Assembly (NCBI GenBank): GCA_965261595.1
Contig: CBDHDG010000001.1
Coordinates: 1-64,000, forward strand
Direction: 5' to 3'
Length of the DNA: 64,000 nucleotides
DNA from: a bacterium
GTDB taxonomy: Bacteria > UBA8248 > JACPRG01 > G963555815
Within the stretch, counting starts at the first letter, position 1. The number at the start of each line of letters is the position of its first letter. Under the pieces are notes generated by a model. The model was not told where the DNA came from. It worked only from the letters and a program-made list of their open reading frames with translations, and did not search any database. A program made the position numbers and the translations under genes. Of the stretch, positions 10,680-19,540 are shown one piece after another.

Positions 10680-11672
10680 CTATTCACTCCCCACGGGATT
10701 TTCCAATACGCCGATACCGGCGATCTCGCTTCGTATCGTATCCCCCGGCGAGAGGACATCGGCCGGGTGGTTCAGAATGGCGGGGTAGCCCTCCGGCGTG
10801 GCGCCGAAGCGGGGCCCGGCCGGGCTGCCGCCGGCAATCAGGATCCCCGGCTCCAGGGTGAAGAACGTGGAGACGTAGCTCATGAACTCGAACACGCCCC
10901 TTTGCAAGTCCCCGAAGCGGAACCGTGCGCGCTCCGAGCCGTTCACCGACAGGCCGGCCTCGAGACCGGCGGGATCGCCCGCCTCCTCCTTCGTCACGAC
11001 CCACGGCCCGATGGGCGCCGCCGTGTCGAAGGAGGCCCCTTCGCCGTAAAGGTTGTGGAAGTGCCAGCCTTCCCAGCCCACGGCCAGTTTTTCCGCGTCG
11101 TACACGTCGGTGAAGACGGTGTAGCCGAAGACGATCTCCTCCGCCTCCGCCGGGCTGAGGAACCGGCCGGCGCCGCCGATGACGACCCCCAGTTCGACCT
11201 CGCAGAGGAGCTTGTCCGCTCCGCCCGGCTGGTGGAGGACGGCCTCGCCCGGACCGATCAACGTGTGGGCCGACTTGAGATAGAGTTCGCGGTGGGGCTC
11301 CAGGTCCATCCCGGAGGCGGGGTCCAGCTCGGGCCCGGCGCAGATGACACTCTCCGGCTTGAGCGGGGCCAGGAGACGGATGTCGGCGAGGCTGCGCCAG
11401 ATGGCGCCGTTTCGAAGCCCCATAACCCCCTCCCCCTCCTTCCCGGAAACGTGTTCCAGCCCTTGCCGGGCGGCTTCCATGGACCGCTCGCCTCCCCGGA
11501 GGAAGGTCAAGAGATCTCGGGGTATTCGGACGCGCGCCACGTCCAGCGCCTGGGCGTCACCGCGGACTTCATGAAGGTACAGGGCGTAGGCCCGCTCCAG
11601 GTCCGCCACGCGGCCGCCTTCCACGGCCCCCAGCTTCCATTCCCCGTCATACTCGAATGCGGCGATCTTCAT
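10680..11672 (-). CDS. Fumarylacetoacetate hydrolase family protein (divergent active site)
   Basis: EVELGVVIG, GYTVFTD, PIGPWVVT, LEPG, IGVLENPV. Confidence 0.88.
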   Translation of the reverse strand: MKIAAFEYDGEWKLGAVEGGRVADLERAYALYLHEVRGDAQALDVARVRIPRDLLTFLRGGERSMEAARQGLEHVSGKEGEGVMGLRNGAIWRSLADIRLLAPLKPESVICAGPELDPASGMDLEPHRELYLKSAHTLIGPGEAVLHQPGGADKLLCEVELGVVIGGAGRFLSPAEAEEIVFGYTVFTDVYDAEKLAVGWEGWHFHNLYGEGASFDTAAPIGPWVVTKEEAGDPAGLEAGLSVNGSERARFRFGDLQRGVFEFMSYVSTFFTLEPGILIAGGSPAGPRFGATPEGYPAILNHPADVLSPGDTIRSEIAGIGVLENPVGSE

Positions 11673-11998
11673 TGGGTGGGTCCATGACTGCGAATGGGGT
11701 CTGAGACCCGATCAAACAGGGTCATCGGTCGTTCTCACAGTTGCTGCGCCCCGACCCCCCAACGGCGGAGGGTCTTGCGCTCCAGGAAGTCGAACACGAC
11801 GCTCTCGACCGTCAGGCCGATGATGCCGATGGTGATGATCCCGACGATCACCTCATGGACGAGGAAGGCCCAGCGCGCCCGGTCGATGAGGTAACCCAGG
11901 CCCGCAATGGCCGAGAGCATCTCGGCCCCGACGATGACGCGCCAGCCCACGCCGTACCCGAGCCGGATCCCCGCCAGGATGAACGGGAAGGCGCCGGG
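11140..11998 (-). repeat. Inverted duplication of 1835-2693 (859 bp): permease 3' end plus FAH 5' half
   Basis: Coordinate sum 13833 holds at both ends; identical translations. Confidence 0.92.
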
Positions 11999-12948
11999 TC
12001 GGATAGATCCAGGGGCAATTCCCAGGGGCGCTGGTTGTTGACGATGGGCTCGTCCTGGTCGGCGATGAAGTCCGTCGTCCTGATGTGTTCAGGGATCTCG
12101 CCGTCGTATTCCTGGTCCTCCATCCAAATGTCGCTTTCCTCAACCCAGACCGGGCCGTGTTTCACTTCCGGCGCATCCAAGTCGTAGTTTCGGGCAATCA
12201 GAAGATACCGGGTGCTTTCGTTGATGGAGTGGGGAGTGACCGGATAGAACAATGCGTCCGATTCGACGTTCTTATCCGGATTCCAAAAATAGATGGTGAA
12301 GGGACGGGTCAGCCAGTAGTTGCTGGGTTGGCGGATGAATGGGACCCCACCAGCGGGTAACGCGAACAGCAGCGATTCGCCGTCTCGTTTGAACTCTGTC
12401 TCCGAGACCAGGGGATGGTCGCGGTTGCCCAAGAGTCCCTCGTGTATCCAGGGGAAATGTCCGAAATCCACGAAGTTCTCGATGGAGCGGGCGGCGCTGC
12501 ACTTCCAGAGCTTCCTCTGCGAGAAGAAGGTTCGGTAGTCCGGGTCTTCGTATAGCGGGAATTCAGGGATGGGCGCGCGCGGTTTGTCCGAGAGGCAAAC
12601 CCAAACGATGCCGTAGGCCTCCTGAGCGGGATAGGCGGTCAGGCAGGCCTTCTTGGGGATGGGGTGCTCCGGGGGAATCGAGGGGATTCGGGTGCATTTG
12701 CCTTCGGCGTTATAGGCCCAGCCGTGGTAGGCGCAGACAAGATGCTCGCCCTCCACCCATCCCAGGGAAAGGGGCGTGCCGCGGTGAACGCAGAGGTCGC
12801 GGAACGCGCGAACCTCCCCGTTGATCCGACACACGACGACGCGTTCATCCAGGAGCTTGACGGCCAGCGGCTTGTCGGTCGCCTCCTTGGACCAGCAGAC
12901 CGGATGCCAGTATTCGTGCAACGCGGGCCAGAGTCGGGACTCATCCAT
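11999..12948 (-). pseudogene. Rieske non-heme iron oxygenase alpha subunit (VanA/NdmA-like), C-terminus cut by the duplication junction
   Basis: Rieske CVH...CAYH, mononuclear Fe motif ENFVDFGHFPWIH, DQD; sequence switches to the permease copy after QRPWELPLDLS. Confidence 0.85.
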
Positions 12949-13370
12949 CGGGATTTCTCCTGAATGATCGGGGTCAGTTCTTGAGTGCGCCCTCAGGAAA
13001 TTTCGCGGGTCTCGTCGTACAGATTGTACCCGGATTTCCCCATTTCAAATCCGGACAGGCCTGTGCCCATCTCTCCGTTGCCGTTTGACCAATTCAATCC
13101 TGGTCAGGGCGGATTGTCAACCGGATGAGGGCGCCTGCACATGACCCCTAATCTCCCCCATAGAAAGAGCAGCAAAAGGGTCAAACCCCATTTTGTTCCA
13201 CGACAATTCCACCATAAAGCGACAAGGGTCCCAGGTCCGTCAAGGGATGGCCGGAGATCCCGCCAGATTTCCGCCGGATTCCGCCAATCCCCTGAATTCC
13301 CCTTGATTTCCCGTCGCAAGGCTCCCATATAAACCGAAAAAATAACGTAACTCGAATGGGAGGAGTGTAC

Positions 13371-13703
13371 ATGAAGGTCACAAAGGCCAAAATCGAGGCC
13401 AATCGACGGAACGCCCAGTTGTCCACCGGGCCCAAGACGACCGAGGGGAAGGCCGCCGTCCGGTATAACGTATTGAAACATGGAATATTGGCGAAAGAAG
13501 TCGTCATCGCCGTGGGCGACGGCCGGGAGGACGGGGGACGGTTCGAGGAGCTTCTTTCCGGCCTCCCCGACGAGCTCAACCCCCTGGGCGTCCTCAAGGA
13601 GATGCTCGTCGAGAAGATCGCCGTCAGCTTCTGGCGGCTCGGGCGCGTCCAGAGGCAACACCAAGGGGACACCGTCCCCCCGCCTATCAGCTTCCCCTAC
13701 TGA
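13371..13703 (+). pseudogene. Remnant of conserved hypothetical protein (ANRRNAxxSTGPKT...NxLKHG family)
   Basis: Recognisable N-terminal motif with RBS GGAGGAG; appears truncated after WRLGRVQR. Confidence 0.55.
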
Positions 13704-14052
13704 AACCCGGGCCTAATCATGTAAAAGTGAAAAACAAAGCCAAATTTCCCTTGGTATATAAGGACTTTTTATTTGGCTTTTGGCTTTCGGGAGAAAACTT
13801 TTATCCGCAGACGCTGTCCTCGCGCAGGCGGGGATTACGCAGATTACACAGATTGGAGAAGGACAAGAATAGAGACACAACGCGGGCCGACTTAGTTTGG
13901 ATTTCTCACCAACCATCCGACGCAAAGGGCGGTGAGCGGTCAATAACCGATAGCGGGTCCACCCATTCGCGAAGGCTGGCATCTCCTCCTTTTGAGAATC
14001 CCGGGGCAAAGGGTTCTCCGTGCGCCAAAGACGTTGTAATGACCGCAACGAC

Positions 14053-14116
14053 CCTCAACCGCAACTTGGCCGGCACGCAAGTGCCTCAACCGCAGCTTGG
14101 CCGGCACGCAAGTGCC
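14053..14116. repeat. Tandem 31-bp direct repeat, 2 copies
   Basis: CCTCAACCGCA(A/G)CTTGGCCGGCACGCAAGTG twice. Confidence 0.9.
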
Positions 14117-14265
14117 CGCCGAATCAGGCCACCGATGGCGATTCATTCGGCGCGCGAAACGCAAGACCATCGCTTGGTGAGAAATGCGGGCTATTGAGGA
14201 TGGCATAAATAATGTCCTACAGGGAGCGGCTCAACAAAAAGTCCGGAGGATTCCCCGATACTTCC

Positions 14266-14340
14266 GGGGCGGGTACGGAGCCCCGCCCCTACGCACGATT
14301 CTGCAATGGACATGTAGGGGCCGGGCTCTGTACCGGCCCC
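14266..14340. repeat. Inverted pair of GTAG-type REP palindromes (REPIN/BIME-like)
   Basis: rc(GTAGGGGCGGGGCTCCGTACCCGCCCC) then GTAGGGGCCGGGCTCTGTACCGGCCCC; same family recurs at 34141-34223. Confidence 0.8.
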
Positions 14341-14503
14341 TTTCACGCGATACGTAGTTAGGTCATTAATAATACAGGGATCAATAACCCGAACAGGTCA
14401 AATTCGATTCCGGAGGGGTGAGTCCGCACGGGCCGGGATGGGAAAAACCCGTGCGGACTGCACGCGAAGAAGTAGGACGCCCGGGTGGTTATTCACTCCC
14501 CGA

Positions 14504-15541
14504 CTACTTCACCATGATCTTCGGGAGGAAAGCCGTCGTATAGAGGTCATCCACGGCGGGCTTCGATTTCAGCTTGTGAGCCCCCGCGACGACGTCCCGG
14601 GTGAAGGTCATCTTTTCGCGGGACAGATAGCCGATCCCGTGCTTCTTGGCCGCGTCGGTCACCAGGTGATCGATGGCGATCTGCCAGTGCTGAATCGCCG
14701 TATCCCGGTTCAGGACGGGGACCTTTTTGAGGATGATGTCCGTGGCCTCTTTCGGGTGCTTGATGGCCCAGGCCATCCCTTTGTACATGCCCCGCATGAA
14801 GCGCCGGACCTGATCGGGCTTCTTCGCGAGCTTCTCTTCCGTCGCCGACATGGTGTTGGAATAGATGTCCACGCCATTATCCGCAAACGGGAAAAGAAGG
14901 AGTTCCTTCCCCGCCATTTTGGCTGCCTTCATTTGGCTGGGGTTGTTCGTGGCGTATGCCCCCCAGCCGTCCACCCTCCCCGCCAGACCGGCCGAGCCGA
15001 GGGAGGCGGGATTCAGGAATATCCACTTCACCATGGCGGGGTCCACGCCATTCTTGCGCGCCAGGGCGGGGAAGATCTTGTGGGTCGAGCTGAAGGAGGC
15101 GTCGGCGAAGGTCTTCCCTTTGAAGTCCTTGATGGACCGAATGGATCCGCCCTTGACGACGACGATCTGCATGGGCGTCTTGGCGTGGAAGGCGCCGATC
15201 ATCTTCAACTTAATTCCCTTGGAGCGGGAGATGACGACGACGCCGCCGTCGGGGGTCCCAAAGTCGGCATCCCCGACCATGAGCCGCTTGACGGTCTCGG
15301 ACGAGCCCTTTCCCCGCACGATTTTTACGGTGAGCCCTTCCGCCTTTAAGAATCCCTTCTCCACGGCCGCGTAGAATCCCGCGTCCCGTCCATAAGGAAC
15401 CCAGTCCAGGGTGTGGACCAAATTCTCAGCCCCCGACGAAAGCGGGATCCCTCCGATGAGGAAGAACGCCATGGCAACGGTTGCCAGGGCTTTGAAAGAC
15501 GCAACGCGTTTCAAAAGACCCACAACGGTTTTTCCGAACAT
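14504..15541 (-). CDS. ABC substrate-binding protein, NMT1/THI5-like (NitT/TauT)
   Basis: Signal peptide; LDW..YG..AGFY.A.EKGF...GL.V.I..G.GS motif. Confidence 0.9.
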   Translation of the reverse strand: MFGKTVVGLLKRVASFKALATVAMAFFLIGGIPLSSGAENLVHTLDWVPYGRDAGFYAAVEKGFLKAEGLTVKIVRGKGSSETVKRLMVGDADFGTPDGGVVVISRSKGIKLKMIGAFHAKTPMQIVVVKGGSIRSIKDFKGKTFADASFSSTHKIFPALARKNGVDPAMVKWIFLNPASLGSAGLAGRVDGWGAYATNNPSQMKAAKMAGKELLLFPFADNGVDIYSNTMSATEEKLAKKPDQVRRFMRGMYKGMAWAIKHPKEATDIILKKVPVLNRDTAIQHWQIAIDHLVTDAAKKHGIGYLSREKMTFTRDVVAGAHKLKSKPAVDDLYTTAFLPKIMVK

Positions 15542-15729
15542 GTCCGAATCGCTCCTTCCAGAACTTCATTGGACCTGTGTCGTGAGGACAAACTGCCTGC
15601 CCGTCGGCGTTCATCCCAACCTCGAAAGGATGTCTTGCTTGTGTGGCTCCTTCTCAATCTTGCGTCTCGACCCCGCCTCCACATTGAAACCTGGCGGAGG
15701 TCTCCGAAATAAGATCTCCCGGAGAACAG

Positions 15730-17271
15730 TTACTTGGGAAGGTCCCAGCTCTCCTCTATCGGGTAGGTCAGCCGATCGAGCTTTCGCGGCAGATACCGGC
15801 CGTGGCCGTGTTCTCCGCTCACCTGGCTCCCTTCAAAGATGACTTTGCCCCTGGAGATCGTCATCGAGGGCCATCCCTTGATCCTTCGGCCTTCGAAAAT
15901 GGTGAAGTCGGCGTAGGAGTGCATGATGTCCGCCGTGTAGGTCACCTCCTTGTCCATATCCAGAACGACCAGGTCGGCGTCCGCCCCCACCATCAGGGTT
16001 CCCTTCTTGGGATAGAGGCCGAACGTCTTGGCCGGGTTCTCGCAGCAGATCTCCACGAGACGCTCCATGGAGATCCGGCCCTTGTGCACCCCCTCGCTCA
16101 GCATGTGCGGGAGGAGGGTCTGCATCCCGACGAACCCCGACCCCGTCGACCAGACGTCTTCAAGCGGGTCCGTAGTACGGTCCCCGGTGTCTCCCCGGAC
16201 GAACTTCTCATGGATGCTGGTGACAACGTGGTCGGTGCCCATGCACTGGATGCGCCCGTCCATCACCGCCTGCCAGAGGGCCTCGTTGTGGCGCCCGTCC
16301 CGGATGGGGGGATTGACCTTGAGGGCCCTGGCGTTGGGTTTTCCGGCGATGGCCGGCTCGTCATTCTTGGTCATGAAAAGGTACTGCGGACAGGTCTCCA
16401 CGGTGATCCGGCAGCCCTTTGCCCGCATCTCATCGCAGGCCTCGAGGCCGTCGGCGGTGGAGAGGTGAAGGATATAGAAGCGGCACCCGGCCTTCATGGA
16501 GAAGAGACCATACCGGAGGATGTGCTCGGCCTCGCACCAGGGAGGGCACCGGTCCGTCCAGGCCGGTCCATCCGTGCGGCCTTCCTTCTGAAGCCGCTTC
16601 ATGACGGCCGTCGCCACCTCGGTGTTCTCGTTGTGAATGAGGGCCAGGCCGGCGACGCCAAGCTTGCCGATCTGCTCGAAGCCCGACCAGAACAACCCGT
16701 CGTCGAATTCCCCGGGCATCCCCATCCGGTTCTTCCACTTGGGCGCCACGTTCGCGGTCTTCGGCTCTCTGAGGTTGGCGTAGAACTTCCAGGAAGGAAT
16801 CCCGTACTTCCGGGCGGCGTTGGGGATATCGTCGCATTGCTCGTCCATGCTGATGTAGGGGGTGTAGAAGAAGTCGATGATCGAGGATTCCTCCCCGATC
16901 TCCCGCGCCACGGGAAGCCGCTCCGTCCACGGACGGGCGTCCTCCTCGGTGACGAATTCCTTGTATTCCCGGTCGGCCCGGCCCGCGCCGTGCATGATCC
17001 CTATGGTTGTAACGCCCCCCACGGCGGAGCCGGGGGTTTCCGTCCGGAAGTCCTGTTCGAGGAGGTATTTTCCGCCGATGTGGGTGTGCGGATCCACAAC
17101 GCCGGGAATGACATAGCGCCCCTCTACGTCGATGACCCGCTCAGCCGGGGTGTCGTCCCGCTCGGAGACGATGCCCGCGATTCGATCGTCCTTGATCTGG
17201 ATGTTTCCCGTGTAAACCCCAGCCGTTGAAACGATCCGGGCATTCCGAACGACGATGTCCAACTTGGCCAT
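15730..17271 (-). CDS. Cyclic amidohydrolase (dihydropyrimidinase/allantoinase/dihydroorotase-like)
   Basis: PGVVDPHTH, GGVTT, SWKFY (carboxylated Lys position), HNEN, LHLS, KVNPPIR, GTDH, GADADLV. Confidence 0.9.
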   Translation of the reverse strand: MAKLDIVVRNARIVSTAGVYTGNIQIKDDRIAGIVSERDDTPAERVIDVEGRYVIPGVVDPHTHIGGKYLLEQDFRTETPGSAVGGVTTIGIMHGAGRADREYKEFVTEEDARPWTERLPVAREIGEESSIIDFFYTPYISMDEQCDDIPNAARKYGIPSWKFYANLREPKTANVAPKWKNRMGMPGEFDDGLFWSGFEQIGKLGVAGLALIHNENTEVATAVMKRLQKEGRTDGPAWTDRCPPWCEAEHILRYGLFSMKAGCRFYILHLSTADGLEACDEMRAKGCRITVETCPQYLFMTKNDEPAIAGKPNARALKVNPPIRDGRHNEALWQAVMDGRIQCMGTDHVVTSIHEKFVRGDTGDRTTDPLEDVWSTGSGFVGMQTLLPHMLSEGVHKGRISMERLVEICCENPAKTFGLYPKKGTLMVGADADLVVLDMDKEVTYTADIMHSYADFTIFEGRRIKGWPSMTISRGKVIFEGSQVSGEHGHGRYLPRKLDRLTYPIEESWDLPK

Positions 17272-17480
17272 CATTTCTCCTTTCAATGATTATCCGGCCG
17301 TCGCGGACCGCCTCCCCCCCGTTGAGCAGAATGGTCGGGGGGGAGGGGGAAAGCGGAATCCTGCGGCGGTGCGACGGATTGGGTTGAGCCGAATCTCAAG
17401 GATGATTGTTTGCATAACCGATAAAGCTTGTCAACACCCCGGGGGAGGCGGCATGCCAAAGGGATTTCGACAGACGCGGG

Positions 17481-18215
17481 TCAGTCCCCGCTTTTCCCTA
17501 AGGTCGTCAGGAGACTGCCGAAACCCCGGACGGTTTCTCTCACGCTCCCCAGCCGGAGTCCGGCCCAGAGGCCCGCCTGGTTGCTCGTCACCACGGGAAG
17601 ACCGAGATCCCGCTCCAGCAAGTCGATCACCTCGAACGTCCGAAGGGCGCCGGAGCAGATCAAAATCCCGTCCGCGTCTTTGACTTTCCGGGCCACCTCC
17701 TTGGTCAGACTGTAGGCGCCGGTCGGCGGCATTCGGGCGATATCCCAATTGTACCGCTGGCGGAGCCCTTCGACAGCCAAAACCTGGAAATCCGCTTCCT
17801 CCAGGAACGCCCGAAGCCGTTGATTCAACTCATCGGTGTACGCCGTGGCGGCGGCGATCTTTCGCAGGCCCAGCCGGCGCATCGCCTCCACGACAGCGGT
17901 GGCCATCGTGACGCTCGGCAACCCGGACGCCTCCCGAAGACGGTCGGTCAACGCGAGGTTATACGCCTGGCCCCTGAAAAACCCCGTCGGCGTTCCGCAA
18001 AGAACCAGGGCGTCGGCCTTCATGATCGCGATTTCGCGCGCGGCGCGCTCCACCTGGGTGAGCATCCGCTCCAGGCCCTCCGAGGACACCTCCTCGATGT
18101 ACATCCTCGTGGTGACGAAAGACACGCCCTCCGGCGCCGCCATCCTGAATTCTTCTTCCGCGACGGGGCCGCCGCTCGGCTGCACCAGACCAATGAGCGC
18201 TCGCCACCCATACAT
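17481..18215 (-). CDS. Asp/Glu racemase superfamily protein (maleate isomerase / arylmalonate decarboxylase-like)
   Basis: MYGWRALIGLVQPS, ATAY..ELN, LERDLGLPVVTSNQA motifs. Confidence 0.88.
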   Translation of the reverse strand: MYGWRALIGLVQPSGGPVAEEEFRMAAPEGVSFVTTRMYIEEVSSEGLERMLTQVERAAREIAIMKADALVLCGTPTGFFRGQAYNLALTDRLREASGLPSVTMATAVVEAMRRLGLRKIAAATAYTDELNQRLRAFLEEADFQVLAVEGLRQRYNWDIARMPPTGAYSLTKEVARKVKDADGILICSGALRTFEVIDLLERDLGLPVVTSNQAGLWAGLRLGSVRETVRGFGSLLTTLGKSGD

Positions 18216-18358
18216 GAAACGTCCCTCCCCGGGATCCGTCCAGGCCCGCCTTCAGTTTCGATGGCCCTCGCAGGGCCTTCGCCGCAATCCGTGAATCATC
18301 AACTTTTTTTGGCGGCGCCGAACGGGGTTGTCCCAAATGGAGAAGAGCCGATCTCCCT

Positions 18359-19429
18359 TCACCACACCTCGGCCAGGACGTCGTCCGGGTGGCCGTACCG
18401 GGAGGCGAACGCCCGGACCTCCGGGTCGTCGAGAGCCGTCAGCCTTCCCCCGCGGATCAACTCGACCTCCCCCATCGTCAGCGTGGGCCGGAGCCCTCCG
18501 CCGTCCCAGTGCCAACCGCTGTCCACTTGGGAGTCCGGATTGGCCCACTTTCCCACCGCACAGTGGAAGGAGCCCGCGCGCCTGTGGGTGATCGTGTCCA
18601 TGCCTCTCGTCTTGAGCCCGGCGGAAACCGGGGCCTTGGGGCTCACGCCGATAGCCAGCTCGCAAAAGAAATTGCCGTTCTCGTAGCGCTTCATCCGGTC
18701 TTCAAACCAGCGGGCCTCCTCGCCCCCCTCGACGCGGGTGACCCATTGGTTTTCGATCGTGAGCCGAATGGGCTCTTTCAGGAAACCTTCAAACCCTTCG
18801 AGCTGCTCGAAGACCAGGGTCCCGTTCACGGGGGGGTCCGGAAGCTCCGTCATCTCCCCGCCCGGGAAGAATTGCCATTGCTTGGGCGGGTCCACGAACT
18901 TGAAACCGGCCCGGTAGGCGATGCGGCCCGTGAAGTCGGTCCCGTGCTCATCGGTAACGCGGAAGACATCCGTCCCGGACGAGAGGGCCTGCTCGCGGAC
19001 TTTCTGATAGATCCTGAATACAAGCTCGGCCGGAAACCGCGCCCACTCCGAGGCCAGCAGCTCGGGCGTCAGGCTGATGACCGCCACGTTCCGGGTCGGG
19101 GTGTAGAAAACCACCTGGGCCACGTCATTATTGTGGAGCGTTGCCGCGTTCTCGAGCCCATGAAAGCTCAAGATGACGTCGGCCTCGCGGATCGCGGAGA
19201 GGACGGGCTTCTGGAGGGGTTGCTTCAGACGGTGGATAACGGCCTTTGAGCAGAGAAGAACAGCCTCGGCGCCGGCCTCCTCGACCGCCGTCCCGAAGGC
19301 TTCCACAACGTCGGGATGCGCTTCGCCGGAACGGTCCGTCCAAAGGACGACCTGCTCCCCCGGCTGGACACAGGCATAGCCGCGCACACAGTTTCGGGCC
19401 CCCTCCATCAAATCCCAGACAAGTCCCAT
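18359..19429 (-). CDS. M29-fold metalloprotein, 2,5-dihydroxypyridine dioxygenase NicX-like
   Basis: GTDF, FPGGE, NGTLV, EPIRLTIEN, GGEEA, ELAIG.SPKA, H..G..HWD; adjacent to a maleate-isomerase-family gene. Confidence 0.6.
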   Translation of the reverse strand: MGLVWDLMEGARNCVRGYACVQPGEQVVLWTDRSGEAHPDVVEAFGTAVEEAGAEAVLLCSKAVIHRLKQPLQKPVLSAIREADVILSFHGLENAATLHNNDVAQVVFYTPTRNVAVISLTPELLASEWARFPAELVFRIYQKVREQALSSGTDVFRVTDEHGTDFTGRIAYRAGFKFVDPPKQWQFFPGGEMTELPDPPVNGTLVFEQLEGFEGFLKEPIRLTIENQWVTRVEGGEEARWFEDRMKRYENGNFFCELAIGVSPKAPVSAGLKTRGMDTITHRRAGSFHCAVGKWANPDSQVDSGWHWDGGGLRPTLTMGEVELIRGGRLTALDDPEVRAFASRYGHPDDVLAEVW

Positions 19430-19540
19430 CGATTTTCTTTTAACGATTCCGGTCCGAAGACCGCGAAGAATGATCCCGGCAGATCAGAGAAGGCGATTAC
19501 GGCGCCATGCGTCCGAATCCGTCGCGCCTACGAGCATGAA

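Noticed and set aside
14053..14116. 31-bp repeats as a CRISPR array
   Set aside because: Only two directly abutting copies, no spacers and no cas genes.
17401..17435. TTGACA plus GntR-like operator upstream of the amidohydrolase (similar hints near 8560-8590 and 21040-21090)
   Set aside because: The -10 elements and palindromes are too degenerate to call, and no cognate regulator is in the window.
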